A DNA stretch of 64,000 nt from Octopus vulgaris (taxonomy: Eukaryota): NCBI GenBank assembly GCA_951406725.2, contig OX597817.1, positions 95,294,001 to 95,358,000 on the forward strand, in the 5' to 3' direction. Numbering within the stretch: position 1 is the stretch's first letter; the number at the start of each line of letters is the position of its first letter. A model generated the notes under the pieces. It had not been told where the DNA came from. It worked only from the letters and a program-made list of their open reading frames with translations, and did no database searches. Of the stretch, positions 11,917 through 24,786 are shown one piece after another. Position numbers and translations under genes: made by a program.

Positions 11917-14900
11917 CATCATCATCATCCGTCATTTTGAATCCAGGTTTTGTACTGGTTAACTGGGGTGGCTGGAACTACCTCAAAGCCATAGCAACCA
12001 CCCTCACACCATCTCAACTGGTTTTGTGTGTCCTCCCTTCTGAAGCTAACCCTCCCAATCTCCTCTATCTGTCCCCTCCACATTTTCCTCAGTCTACCTT
12101 GCTTTCACTGTTCATTTACCTCAAACACTAGCACCCACTTCAGAACATGCTCCCTATCCTTCCTCAACATATTCCCATACCACCACACTCCATTCATCCT
12201 TGTCAGCTGTTCCACTAATTCCCCCAGCCTCAACATCTCCATCAAGTCCTCAGTTCTTCTCTTATCAAACAGCCTCATGCTACACATTTCTCTCTGTCCT
12301 TCTCAAAATTGCCATCTCTCTCTCTCTCAAATGTCTTATACCCATAGAGCATTGCAGCTCTAACACAACTCCTACAGACCTTTCCTTTTGTCTTCAATGA
12401 GAACCTTTTCCCATATAATAACACTCCACATTCCCTGAACTTCACCCAGCCAAGTCTCGCTCTTGCTGTCACAGCTGCTTCACATCCACCCTGTCTCCCA
12501 AATAACAAAACCCTCTCACTGTCTCCACTGACTTTGCCAGCCCTCCAGCTCCTTTCTTACATCTTGCACAAACAAATTCTCTTGCCAGTCTTGGGGTCAC
12601 TTTCTTCATTTTCGTACATCTAACATGAATCCATTTCTCACATCTCATACACAACACTGCTTTGCCATTACTCTCCTCTCACATACATCACATGGATCCA
12701 CCTTACTCACGAACACTTCTCTTTCCACCCCACTCACCATTACCTTTGTCTTCCCAAGGTTTATCTTCACACACTTGCTTTCAAATGCCTCCTTCCATTT
12801 CCAAAACTTTTCTCTCAATCCCTCCATTGTCTCACTCATCAGAACAAGGTCATCTGCATACAGTATCTCCATTAGCAGCTCCTCTCTTGCACTCTCTGTC
12901 ACCACATCAATCACTACTGCAAACAACAATGGTGACAACACAGATCCCTGATGCACACCAACTTCCACCACAAACTCCTCTGACAGCTCTGATCCAATTC
13001 TCACTCATCTTTACCCCCTCATACAAACTCATCGCTGCTCTCACTATTACCTCTAGTACACCTCTCTTCTTCAATGCCCACTCAATCACTTTCCTTGGAA
13101 CCCTATCAAATGCCTTCTCCAGATCAACAAAGCACATGTACAACTCCTTCCCTTTATCTCGGTATCTCTCCTGTAATCTCCTTACAATGAACACTGCATC
13201 TATTGTCCCCCTTCCTGGCATAAAACTAAATTGCATCTCATCCACATCCACCCCTTTCCGCTATCTTCTTGCATGCTCCAATAACTTCACTCTAATAGCC
13301 CCACAACACATCACACCCCCTTCCCCTTGAAGATTGGTACCACCACACTTAGAGCCCAATCATCTGGTATTTCTCTTCCATCCAGCTTGCCCTGGCAGAG
13401 CTCCATCATCACAACAATCCCTATCTTTCCACTTGCAGTTATCATTTCCACACTTCTGATGGACCAGCTGCCTTTCCTATTTTCATTTCCTTCATTGCCT
13501 CAACTACTTCTTCCCAACTAACCCTCTTCACCACAGCAACTTCCACCCTCTGATCCCATTCATTCTCCTCATTCATAATTCCCTCCATATGCTCCTTCCA
13601 AACTCTTCCCTTGTCCTTCTCACTAAAATTCAATCTTCCATCACTCCTCCCCATGCACCTTCCTCCTTCAACATCTCTTGTCATTTTACATTGATTTAAT
13701 AAACCTAAACATTCTATCTGGGTTCTGATCCAGCCCGCTCAACTTCTCCTCAGCCTCTTTCCTCATAGATCTCACATGATTCTTCATGTTATTATACCTG
13801 CCTTCGTTTGCTCAGTCCAATTATTACATAAAGCTTTGTGCACCTCCTTCCTTGCTATTGCATCCCTCAGGTCCTCGTTCCACCACCACATATTTACTCT
13901 TGGTCTTTCCACCCACTTCGTTACATGCCTTTAGTACCCCTTCTTTAAAAGACTTCCACAAATCTGGAGCATCAATGCTTACCAACTCCCCAACTCTTTC
14001 CTCAAACATTGCTCTTATTTCTTCTTCCTTCAGTTTCCATACCTTTCTCCTCTCAACTGTTCCTTTTCTCATCAAAAAACTCCAACAGCATCCTTCCTTC
14101 CAAATTTCTCTCCCCAATTCCATTTCCCCCATGCACACCCTCAAAGCCCTGGACCCATTTCTTAACATGTCCATTAAAATCACCCATGCCCAAAACCAAT
14201 TCATCTACCTTTTGTAAGTCCTACTCATTCACTATTTCATCAAAGAACTGCTCTTTCTCGGCAATCCCTCTTCCACTTTGCGGACCATACCCACAAATCA
14301 CCCTCACCACTTCTTCCTCAAATGCTAACACTACTGTCATCACTCTGTCACTCTTTCTCCTGACCTCCACCATCTTCTCACAGATTCCTTCCTTCACCAA
14401 AATTTCCACATCTCCAGCCCCCCTATTTCCCGACCACAACTTGTACCTTCTTCCCACAAATCTTGCACCCTGGCCCCTCCACCTAACCTCCTGCACACAG
14501 TACACATCTACCCTCCTCTTCCTCAATTCTTCACACACCTCAGTTCCCCTTCCACACAGACTGCCCACATTGCAACTTTCCAACCTCACCCCAAGCTTCT
14601 CTTCAGGCTGTTGGCCATCATAAGGCAAGTCATGCTTGTGCAATCCAGGATGAGGGTTTGCACTTTCCTTTTTCAGGTAGGCAAGTGCAGCCCACTCCAA
14701 CCTTTGGGCTGGCTGGTGCCCATTCTCCTTTGTTATTATCATGATGCTTTTCTGTAGCTGGATTTTCTATGGGGGAGCATGCCCTTGCTTACCCCCAACC
14801 TCAATTTCTAGACATGAGTGGTCCTGAGATGAAGGCCTCTTCCATGATTTTTAAGAAATGTGGTGGAAAACTAGCTCAGGAAGGCATGGTCACTACTCTC

Positions 14901-14924
14901 TAAGACCCCTTATCAGAGACTCCC
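11917..14924 (-). mobile_element. Near-full-length degenerate RTE LINE (APE endonuclease + RT)
   Basis: APE N-terminus SCNVGSL..RRVDVYCVQEVRWRG; RT motifs FVDLEKAFDRV, GVHQGSVLSPLLF, LYADDLVL; (ATG)n 3' tail at 11917; possible 6-bp TSD CTCACT (11911-16 and 14925-30). Confidence 0.9.
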
Positions 14925-15569
14925 CTCACTGTGTTGTAATATTTATTTAATATGGAACCCAGTGCATACTTTAAATAGAAAGACTAACTTGAGCAACCTA
15001 GACTTGCTTTCCACCAGTGCTGTCAAATGGTTTGAATTTAACATAACATGTCAATAATGTATTTCCAATCTTCAGGGCAATGAAATACTCTATAAGCAAT
15101 AAATTTCTACTAAATGTCTGTTTTGTTAATTACAGAGTAATTATACACGAAATTACTGTTTAAGCCTGTTCCAAATAGTACTTAAGGCAATTGCTTCTCA
15201 CTATTTAACCACGTGGTTTCAGGTTCAATCTCACTGTGTGGAACCTTCAACAAGTGTCTTCTACTAAAGTTGTGAGCTAAACAAAGCCTCCTGAGTGGTA
15301 TACTGGAACTGGAAACATACATATGTGCATGTGAGTGATCATTTCTATTGGAGTGAAGTGTTGTCAGTTTTTCATGTCAGCAAATTGTTTCACTTCTTTC
15401 TTTGGAAGCCAAATAGAAATCCCTTACTAAAAAATCAGGTAAGGGTCAGCATCAGGAAGGGCATCTGGTCATGAAAAAATGCCTCAACAACCCATGCAAA
15501 ATGAATACATTTGAGCATTTTAAATATGAGAAAATAATTTAAACTGAACATAATAATTTAAATTAAACA

Positions 15570-15730
15570 GGCACAGGAGTGACTGTGTGGTAAGGAGCTT
15601 GCTTACCAACCACATAGTTCTGGGTTCAGTTCCACTGCGTGGCACCTTATGCAAGTCTCTTCTATTATAGCCTTGGGCCAACCAAAGCCTTCTGAGTGAA
15701 TTTGGTAGACGGAAACTGAAAGAAGCCCAT

Positions 15731-15797
<67 letters not shown>

Positions 15798-15990
15798 ATG
15801 TGTTTGTCCCCCCCCATCATTGCTTGATAATCGATGTTGGTGTGTTTATGTCTCTGTAACTTAGTGGTTCAGCAAAAAAGACCAATAGAATAAGTACTAG
15901 GCTTACAAAGAATAAGTCCTGGTGTTGATTTGTTTGACTAAAGGCAGTACTCCAGCATAGCCAGTCAAATGACAAACAAACAAAAGAAAG
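15570..15990 (+). mobile_element. Full-length tRNA-derived SINE
   Basis: GGCACAGGAGTGACTGTGTGGTAAG head, internal (TG)n(TA)n, conserved 3' half; a more decayed 5' half lies at ~15185-15330. Confidence 0.85.
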
Positions 15991-16042
15991 TAACTGGGAA
16001 ATATATAATGAATCAATAAATTAGGATAAAATAATTACTTAC

Positions 16043-16123
16043 CAATATAGCGTGTCTTGTACATGTACTTCTTTTCTCCGAGATGACTAGAATACTGCAG
16101 CAGTCCAAGCCAACCAATAATTC
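16043..16123 (-). CDS. NDUFA3: NDUFA3-like, coding exon 3 of 4 ((G)IIGWLGLLQYSSHLGEKKYMYKTRYI)
   Basis: Acceptor ccttaatcag|GA and donor TTG|gtaagt; 81 nt, phase 1-1, open frame. Confidence 0.85.
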
Positions 16124-16184
16124 CTGATTAAGGTATAAATAGTGACATTGTATGTAAACAATATAAAACATATAACAATTTCAT

Positions 16185-18030
16185 AATCATCATCATCTAA
16201 CGTCTGCTTTCCAGGCTGGCATGGGTTGGACGGTTTGATTGAGGACTGGTGAGCCAGAAGGCTGCACCAGGCTCAATCTGATCTGGCGCAGTTTCTACAG
16301 CTGGATGCCCTTCCTAATGCCAACCACTCCGAGAGTATAGTGGGTGTGTTTCATGCCATTGGCACAAAGGCCAATCAGGCAGTTCTGGTAACGATCACAC
16401 TCAAAAGGTGTTTTTTATGTGCTACCTGCACAGGAGTCAGTCTGGTGGCACTGGCAATGACCACACTTGAATGCTGCTTTTCATGTGCCGGTAAGGTGAT
16501 GCTAGCAATGATCACACTCGAATGGTGCTTTTTACGTGCCACTGGCACAGGAGCCAATCCATGACCGTGGCAATGATCACACTCGGATGTGCTTTTAACG
16601 TTTCCCTGGCATGAGTGTCAATCAGGTAGTACTGTCATCGGCTATGTCAGTGATTTTGATTTGATTTCATTTGCCTCAATAGGTCTTCGCAAGCAAAGTT
16701 TATTGTCCAATGAATGAGGGGTACTCATAAGTGGGCTGGTTATACCCCATATTTGGATGTGCATTTAATGTTCCACTGGCATGAGTGCCAATCAGGCGGT
16801 ACTGTCATCGGACACATCAGCGATTTTGATTTTGATTTCACTTGCCTCAATAGGTCTTTGCAAGCAAAGTTTATAGTCCAATGAATGAAGGGTATTCATA
16901 AGTGGGCTGGTTACACCTAGTGCACTGCCTCAGTAGTGTTCACCACCTCATCCCAGGTTTTCCTGGGTCTACCTCTTCCACAGGTTCCCTCCATTGCTAG
17001 GGTGTGACACTTTTTCACACAGCAGTCCTCATTCATTCGCAACACATGACCATACCAGCTCAGTTGTCTCTCTTGCACACCACATCTGATGCTTCTTAAA
17101 TGCAACTTCTCTCTCAGGGCGCTTACACTCTGTCGAGTATGCACACTGACATTACACATCCAGTGGAGCATACTTGCAAGCTTACGCATGTCCTCAGCAG
17201 TCACAGCCCATGTTGCATGGCTGTTCGTACACATGCATCATACAGTCTACCTTTTACTCTGAGTGAGAGGACCTTTGTCACCAGCAGAGGTAGGAGCTCT
17301 CTGAACTTTACCCAGGCTATTCTTATTCTAGCAGCTACACTTTCAGAGCATCCCCTAAGTAACAGAAGCTATCAACTACTTGTAGTTTTTCTCCCTGGAA
17401 TGTGACAGAAGCTGTTCTATGTACATTTTCAGTGTTTATAGAACCTGAGCATATGCCACATACAAAAACTATCTTCCTAGTTAGCCTTTCTTTGATATTG
17501 CTGCACCTCTTATGTGTCCATAGCTTACACTGGGTACATCTTATGGAGTTTCAATCTACGCGTTTTCTACAGATCAAGCAGGGCCATCTACCTGAAGGGA
17601 TTTGTGATTTGTCTGTCTTCCTACTTATTAAGACTTTGGTTTTAGCTAGGTTGACTCTAAGGCCCTTCAATTTTAATCCTTGCTTCCACACCTGAAACTT
17701 TTTTCTTTAGTTCTGATAGTGACACAGCAATTAGAGCAAGGTCATCAGCATAGAAAAGCTCCCAGGAGCATCCGGTCTTGAATTCCTCTGTTATTGTCTG
17801 GAGGACTATGATGAATAAGAGGGGAATGAGGATTGATCCTTGGTGGACCCCTACCCGGAATTTTTCACTGTACCCATTGTCAACCCTCACCTTACTGACA
17901 GCATCGCTGTACATGGCTTGCACAGCTCTCACTAACCATTCATCTATCCCTAGTTTCCTCCCTGACCACCAGATAAGGGATCGGAAGACCCTGTCAAAGG
18001 CTTTCTCCATGTCAATGAAAGCCATGCTAA
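16185..18030 (-). mobile_element. 5'-truncated RTE LINE with repeat-containing 3' UTR
   Basis: RT motifs AFIDMEKAFDRV, GVHQGS, FYADDLAL and LSWYGHVLRM..GRPRKTWDEVV; tandem ~55-bp units plus a ~165-bp direct duplication (16585-16746 and 16756-16917) in the UTR; (GAT)n tail. Confidence 0.85.
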
Positions 18031-18379
18031 ACACAAGGAAAGATAAAACTAATTGATTTGGAATGAGAGAGTACTTTGTTCAAAGTACATGCCGGTAAAA
18101 TTTGGATAATTCTACAAAGATATTTGCTTGAAATTTTTGGACCTGTATACCCTTAGTTTTCAAAATGAAAGAATATACTTGGTAATATTATTTTCTCCAC
18201 TATATTATTTATCACAATTTTTAAAGTTCTTTTATGTCCCAAGACAAGCTTTAACACAATAAAAAGTAACTATAACATAGTGCAAATGGAGGAATAGTAT
18301 TTAATGTTTAAACAAGGATTTTCTTTCTGACTACACAACAACATTTCACACATTTTGCTAGTGACCTTGCATTAGTAAA

Positions 18380-19460
18380 GACCATCATCATCATTTAATA
18401 CCCATTTTCCATGCTGGCATGGGTTGAACAGTTCTCATGAGAACATGCAAGATAGACATTAAATGATGATGAAGATGACTTTCATTAATGAAAAGTCAGT
18501 TTTCATGAGAGGGCATTCAGTAGGCTTTTCTCTATCAAATTCGATTCATTATCATCATTATTGAATGTCCATTTTCCATGCTGGCATGGGCTGGATGGTT
18601 TGACAGGATTCATGGTTTTTACGACTGGATGCCCTTCCTAATATCAACCACTTTACAGAGTGCACTGGGTGCTTTTATGTAGCACTGCCACGAGTGCTTT
18701 ACATCACTGGGACTGGTCTTAATGCTTCTGTTGTGAAGTATAAGTATGGGTCTTCTTGAGTACAGTAAGGTGCCAGGCATCTCAATCCTTTGTTAACTTG
18801 CCTGAAAGGATCAGCGTCTTCAGTATTTCATCCCATATCTTCCTGGATCTCCCACTTTCAGATGTTCCATCCACTCTGAGAGGTTGGTACTTCTTTATGG
18901 AGCTGTTGCCATCCATCTGCATCACATGACCAAACCAGTGCAGTCTTCTTTCTTCCACACTGCAACCAATTCTGCTTATGCCTAACTTCCCTCTCAGAAC
19001 ACTGACACTCTGTCGAACATGTACACTTACATTACACATCCAGCGGAACATACTAGCCTCATTCATTTCTAAACTTTATATGTCCTTGGCATTCAGGGTC
19101 CACGTCTCACTACCAAGTAGAATTACTGTCTGTATACATGCATCATACAATCTTTTTTTTCACTCAGAGAGAAATTTTTCGTGGACAACAGAGGTAACAA
19201 CTCTGAATTTCCTCCATACTATTCTTATTCTAGCTATCACACTCTATGTACATCCTCCCCCACTACTAATTTGGTCCCCTAGGTAGCAGAAATTATCTAC
19301 TACTCCTAATGAGCTACCAAGGCATTTGAAAGTATCAATTTCTCAGGTCTCTAAAGTTTTTACGGATCCAGTGCATTATCTACATATGAAAACTATCTTT
19401 TCTGATAACCTTCCTGTTAATCCAATGCACCTCTTGTGTGTCCATAGCTTACACTGGGTA
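18380..19460 (-). mobile_element. 5'-truncated RTE LINE fragment
   Basis: ORF 18782-19066 contains RRLHWFGHVMQM..GRSRKIWDE; the terminal motif is duplicated at 18380 and 18550. Confidence 0.75.
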
Positions 19461-19558
19461 TATATATGCCTACACACACACAGAATTGGTTGAGGCAGAT
19501 TATCCTCTTTTGTACACACTCTTAAAATAACGAAAATATATATATAGTCAAATATTAC

Positions 19559-19633
19559 CTATAGTGCAATAAACCAAGGATCCTACAATTTCAGGATTTT
19601 CATGCCAGCCTTCTTTAACAACTTGGACAAGAC
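19559..19633 (-). CDS. NDUFA3: NDUFA3-like, coding exon 2 of 4 ((S)LVQVVKEGWHENPEIVGSLVYCTI)
   Basis: Acceptor ttgttattttag|GT and donor ATAG|gtaata; 75 nt, phase 1-1; KEGWHENPEIVG matches the K-x-A-W-x-x-x-P-x-(I/L)-V pattern of NDUFA3 proteins. Confidence 0.85.
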
Positions 19634-19699
19634 CTAAAATAACAAATACAATATAGATCAACATGTAAATTAATGTAATTTGAGTTTCAGCTTAACAGC

Positions 19700-20250
19700 A
19701 ACAACAGACCAGTTGAAAGCATTCTAAATCACTTTGAATAGGCCTCTATAATCCTTAAGAGGAAGAGGTTCTGTCTAAACAACCAGTTCAACTTTTATAC
19801 CAAGGTTCTCATCTATATTTTCACTTACTGTATTGGTGTGAGATATGAACAGTCAGCACATTGAAACATAGGCAGCATTTAATATCCACTGTTTCCAAAT
19901 GATCTTTTCAGTTACCTAATGAAATAGGATTAAAGAGAAAGAAATCCTCTGTTGAGTGAAGAACTAGCATCACTGAATCCATACTATACAGTATCCATTA
20001 AAATGGTCAAAGACATGTAGTATGCATATCTGAATTGTGCTTCCTGTTGGATCTTCTGTGACCAGCTACATTATGATGAAAGCCCAGTTGGTGGACCAAA
20101 GAAGAGGTTCAAAGACCAGCTGAAGACAAGCAACATCAAACATTCAAAAGTAGACGATATCACAAACTGTTGTTTACTTTGGGGGTTTCACAATTGAGGA
20201 GAGATTGAAGATATTGAAGGGAAATTCAGCATTACTGGGAGAGAGGAAAA
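19700..20250 (+). mobile_element. Old RTE/BovB-like 3' fragment
   Basis: GGPKKRFKDQLKTS at ~20090-20130; otherwise heavily decayed. Confidence 0.45.
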
Positions 20251-20629
20251 AGGGTATTCATATAGAGTAGTACTTAGCCTCTTCAACCAAAATTTGCCCG
20301 TCTACACCTCTATTTGGTTGCTAAATCTGCTGGAAAATTCTTTCACAAATCATACCCAAGTCTTAAAAATAGGACATGCTGGCCAATGAAGTATGGGTAC
20401 ACAATATCAGACAAAGACAGGAAAGTCATAGTTAAAAATACCCTTGATCAAACGTCTGCTCAATGAGAGCTGATATGGGTTAAACAATGTCTTTCAAACA
20501 TACCTCTGAGTGATGAAATGGCAGAAGTAAAGCAAAATATATCAACAAGATACATCTAGGTATAACTTCTTACAAATATTATTTTCAACAAAATCTGTAT
20601 AAATGAAAAGAAATACACATTATATTAGA

Positions 20630-21035
20630 CAGGAGTGGCTGTGTGGTAAGTAGCTTGCTAACCAACCACATGGTTCCGGGTTCAGTCCCACTGCGTGGCA
20701 TCTTGGGCAAGTGTCTTCTGCTATAGCCCCGGGCCGACCAATGCCTTGTGAGTGGATTTAGTAGACGGAAACTGAAAGAAGCCTGTCGTATATATGTATA
20801 TATATATATGTGTGTGTGTGTGTTTGTGTGTCTGTGTTTGTCCCCCTAGCATTGCTTGACAACTGATGCTGGTGTGTTTACGCCCCCGTCACTTAGCGGT
20901 TCGGCAAAGAGACCGTTAGAATAAGTACTGGGCTTACAAAGAATAAGTCCCGGTGTCGATTTGGTCGACTAAAGGCGGTGCTCCAGCATGGCCGCAGTCA
21001 AATGACTGAAACAAGTAAAAGAGTAAAGAGTAAAG
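20630..21035 (+). mobile_element. Full-length tRNA-derived SINE (little diverged)
   Basis: Head CAGGAGTGGCTGTGTGGTAAG..CCGGGTTCAGTCCC with CpGs retained; AAAGAGT tandem tail. Confidence 0.85.
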
Positions 21036-21261
21036 AGATAATGTGTCAAAAGTTTTTTTTATTACTACAAAGGCTCCAAAGGAAAGTTCACTTTGTCTAT
21101 CCTTTTGATTCTGATGTTTTCCATAATGCATTGAAGACATATCACAACCAATAAATTTCACATATGTAACAAATAATGAATAACAATCAAGTTAGGAAAA
21201 CCATAACATAGTACAACTACAGTATCTAAACTTCCTCAAAATGTTTATTCTTTTTATATTA

Positions 21262-22270
21262 GAGAAGAAAGATGCATGGAAGTGCCACCATGAAAGGTGA
21301 CTAAATGTGGAAAATGGGAGTCTTTCAAATACCGAGACAATTGAGGGACCAGCCATCAGAGTTGATAGCAGTATAATTGATAAGGCAATTAAGGATATGA
21401 AGACAGAGAAAGTCCTTGGACCATCAAGAATCACTGCCAAGATGATTAAAATATCCAGTGGTGTGGGATACAGCCTAATCACTTGTATAGTTAATCAGGT
21501 TATTCAGAAAGGTGTCATCCCCAATGACTGATGTAGTAGTATTATAGTTAGCTGCTAGAAACAACTACAGAGGTATCAAACTGCTGGACCAAGTCATGAA
21601 AATTACAGAGAGAGTTATAGCTAAATTGATTAGGAATAGAATTAAACTAGATGAGATGCGGTTTGGTTTTCTACATGGGAAGAGTACCACAGATGCCAGC
21701 TTCCTAGTGAGACAGCTGCAGGAAAAGTACTCGGCCAACAGTAAGCCACTGTCCTTAGCTTTCATTGACTGGGAGAAAACTTTTGACAGAATACCACATT
21801 TTGTCATCTGGTGGTCTCTAACGAAGTTAAGAGTAGAGGAGTGACTGGTTAGAACCATACAAGCCATGTACAGCAGTGCTGTCAATAAGGTGAGAGTCAG
21901 CCATGAATACAGTGATGAATTTAGCTTATAAGTAAGGAGTTCACCAGCATTCAGTTCTAAGTCCACTCTTATATTCATCATAGTTCTCCAGGCCATAACA
22001 GAGGAATTCAGAATTGGATGCCCGTAGGAGATACTATATGCAGATGACCGCTCTTATTGCAGAATCTGTAGCAAAATTGGAGAAGAAATTCCAGGTATGG
22101 AAGCAAAACCTGGAATCAAAGAGTTAACCTAGCAAAACCCAAAGTTGTTATTAAAAAGAAAGCAGATAAGACACTCTTTCAGTTAGGTTGCTGAATATGT
22201 AAGAAAGGAGTTGGGAGTAATTCCATTTGCTGCATCCAATGTAAGCTATGGACACATAAGAGGTACAGAA
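21262..22270 (+). mobile_element. RTE LINE RT fragment
   Basis: KAIKDMKTEKVLGPS, NYRGIKLLDQ, LAFIDWEKTFDRIP and LYADD motifs, with stops and frameshifts. Confidence 0.8.
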
Positions 22271-23689
22271 ACAAGCACTAAGGGCACATGGGACATTCCT
22301 CTGTCTATATTTTTCGTCATTTTATACCATTCCAATTTGAAATTACTATAGGGAGTGTGACAGGTAATTTTCTTTCAAGAAAGTTTTCTTCAACTTCGAC
22401 TTGATTGAAATTGAAGTTGAAAATCAAATATCTAGATAATTTTTGGTGTTTAACAATTACTATCCTTTTCTCTGTTGGATCCCATGTTAATTTTTTCCCC
22501 ACACTCATGTCTAATTTGATCATTTAAAAAAAATTATGTCTAAATTGAGGCAAAATGAGTAATGAACTAATTTCAGTATTGGCAGAGTTTGGGATCAGAA
22601 ATCTCTGTTTTGATGGTGATTTTTTTGAATTTCTTTTTCACCATGGTCTAACTTTTTCTCACCTCCCTCTCTTCTCTTTATCCCCATCTGGACCGATTTC
22701 AGCCAATTTTTTTTCTGTAGTATGCACTTAAAAACAATGGGAGAAGCCTTTACAGTTAAGGAAAAAAATCATATTTTCCCAAGAAAAGGTGTGCGATTTA
22801 AAGGAGTACCGAAAAGGTGGAAAGACAAGAAGTCTTGCCAAAAAGGCTTCTCTCATTGGTTTTACGTGCATGGGGCTGAGATGAAAAAAATATCATAAAT
22901 TTCAAAAAAGATTTTTCATAAAAAGTTCCCAGTGATCACCACATCACCCCGAAGGCCTGAGTGAAAAAGAAAATTAGAAAAATCCCTGTCAAAATGGAGA
23001 GAAAAAAAAATAATGCTCAAAGGGATGGTATGCTTATTCTCAGTGTCCTCACACACACACACAAATATGTAATTAAAAAAGTTCAAATGGGGAATTATTC
23101 CATTCAATGCCTTTCTGTAAGAAACGTTTAGACCTTCAGCTGGTATTTTTAGCATAACGAGTTTTCTGGTGACAGCTTCATTGCCTGCTGCTTCGGTAGA
23201 AATCTATGGATGCACAAACGCACAAAACGGAGAAAATGAAACAAATATGGATGACTTGTTCCAAAACACCCTTGAGTGGAGAACAGTTCTCAGAAATAGC
23301 CCCCAATTGTTTTCCCCCAAATTCCCATGTCCTCGGAATCTACATAGTCCAAGGTATATTTGTAGAAAATTTCTTTAAAAAAAAATCTATTTTCTTGAAA
23401 GTTATGACAAATTGAAGACTCCGGTGAATTTTCTGAAATTCCTCACCCTCCTAAAACACTTTCCCCCCCACCAAAATTTTGTATAATTGGAATACATGAT
23501 ATAATACATATTCATAGAAAATTTTATTAAAAAACATCCATTTTTCTGGAAGTTATGATCGTCCAAAGTTAGTGGGGCAGAAATCTGTAGTTATGCCTCT
23601 CCTCTACAGCAAGATACCTGTTTCTATCTCTCTGTCATACTATAACCTTTCATCATCTGGCACAAGATCACTTCCACCAATGCCCCACC

Positions 23690-24020
23690 CTTCAAAATTG
23701 CTTGGTTTTGCAAGTTACTTGCTGACCCTATCAGTGCTGGTGCCATGTGAAAAGCATATAGTTCACACTGTAAAGAGGTTGGCATTTGGATGGGTATCCA
23801 GTTGTTAAAACCATGCCAAAACTGACCTCACCTGTGCTGGTGCCATGTAAAAAGCACTGAGTCCACTCTGTGGGTTGGTTGGTGTTAGGAAGGGCATCCA
23901 ACCATAAAAACTACCAAAACAGACACAGAAGTCTAGTGCAGTCTTCTGCCTGGCCAGCTCCTGTTAAACCATCCAACCTATACCAGTATGGAGGCTGACG
24001 TTAAACAATGATGATGATAT
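23690..24020 (+). mobile_element. RTE-derived 3' UTR / SINE-like element
   Basis: Tandem GTGCTGGTGCCATGT-AAAAGCA..GGTTGG..GGCATCCA units ending in ATGATGAT; homologous to 60820-61113. Confidence 0.6.
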
Positions 24021-24786
24021 CTTGCAAGTCTAGCATTTTGTTTAAGTCACAGACTTGATGCAACTGATTCAATATTCAGTTTGTACAACCCTTTCTGTTG
24101 AGCCATTAGATGCAGTACTATTAGTGGGTATTGCTATCTTTTTGAAGTTCATTGATAATATTCTTTTTAGTGTAATGATCTGATATTAAGGTGAAAAATA
24201 CTCCAAAATTAAAGAAGACCTCAATCAACTTGTTTTTTTACTACATTGGTTGCACAATCTGGGCATACAAAATATTTCAATCCATGTGAACATATATCCC
24301 CAGGGACCACAAACAGACCATGAGTCATTAGCTTATATCAAATGTAGTCTGAATGTTTGACAAAAATTGCAGGATTTGACAAGTTTTTCAATGGAATAAA
24401 CCACACCAGGCCAGCATATAGAATTAGGCATTCTTAATCGTTTGCAGAATGGACATATTAGTATCATATATTCAAATTAACAAAGATACTCTAAAGAAAG
24501 AGATGGAATAAATGGACAGTGTTTATGATAAAGCAAACTATCCTTACACATTAAAAACTCATCTTAAGAAAATGATTGCTTTAAATTTGAAACTGTTTCC
24601 CAATTTTGTTGGTATATTCGTTCCTTTATTTTTTTTTGTATAGGCTGTTGGTATCTAATTGTTTGTGAATGCTTTCAATTATTACGGGATCAATTTCCGG
24701 CAGAGAATTAGTATATTTCTCCCAAGATGAAGTGAAGAAAATTATCTCACCATTATTTTTTCTGCAATATGTCCAATGTGAAAGAA

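Noticed and set aside
12662-14623. Long plus-strand ORFs (222, 143 and 204 aa)
   Set aside because: They are antisense shadows of the purine-rich minus-strand RTE coding sequence.
22280-23600. Non-autonomous DNA transposon-like sequence (also 30165-31130)
   Set aside because: The composition suggests a repeat, but I could not find TIRs, TSDs or coding motifs to classify or bound it.
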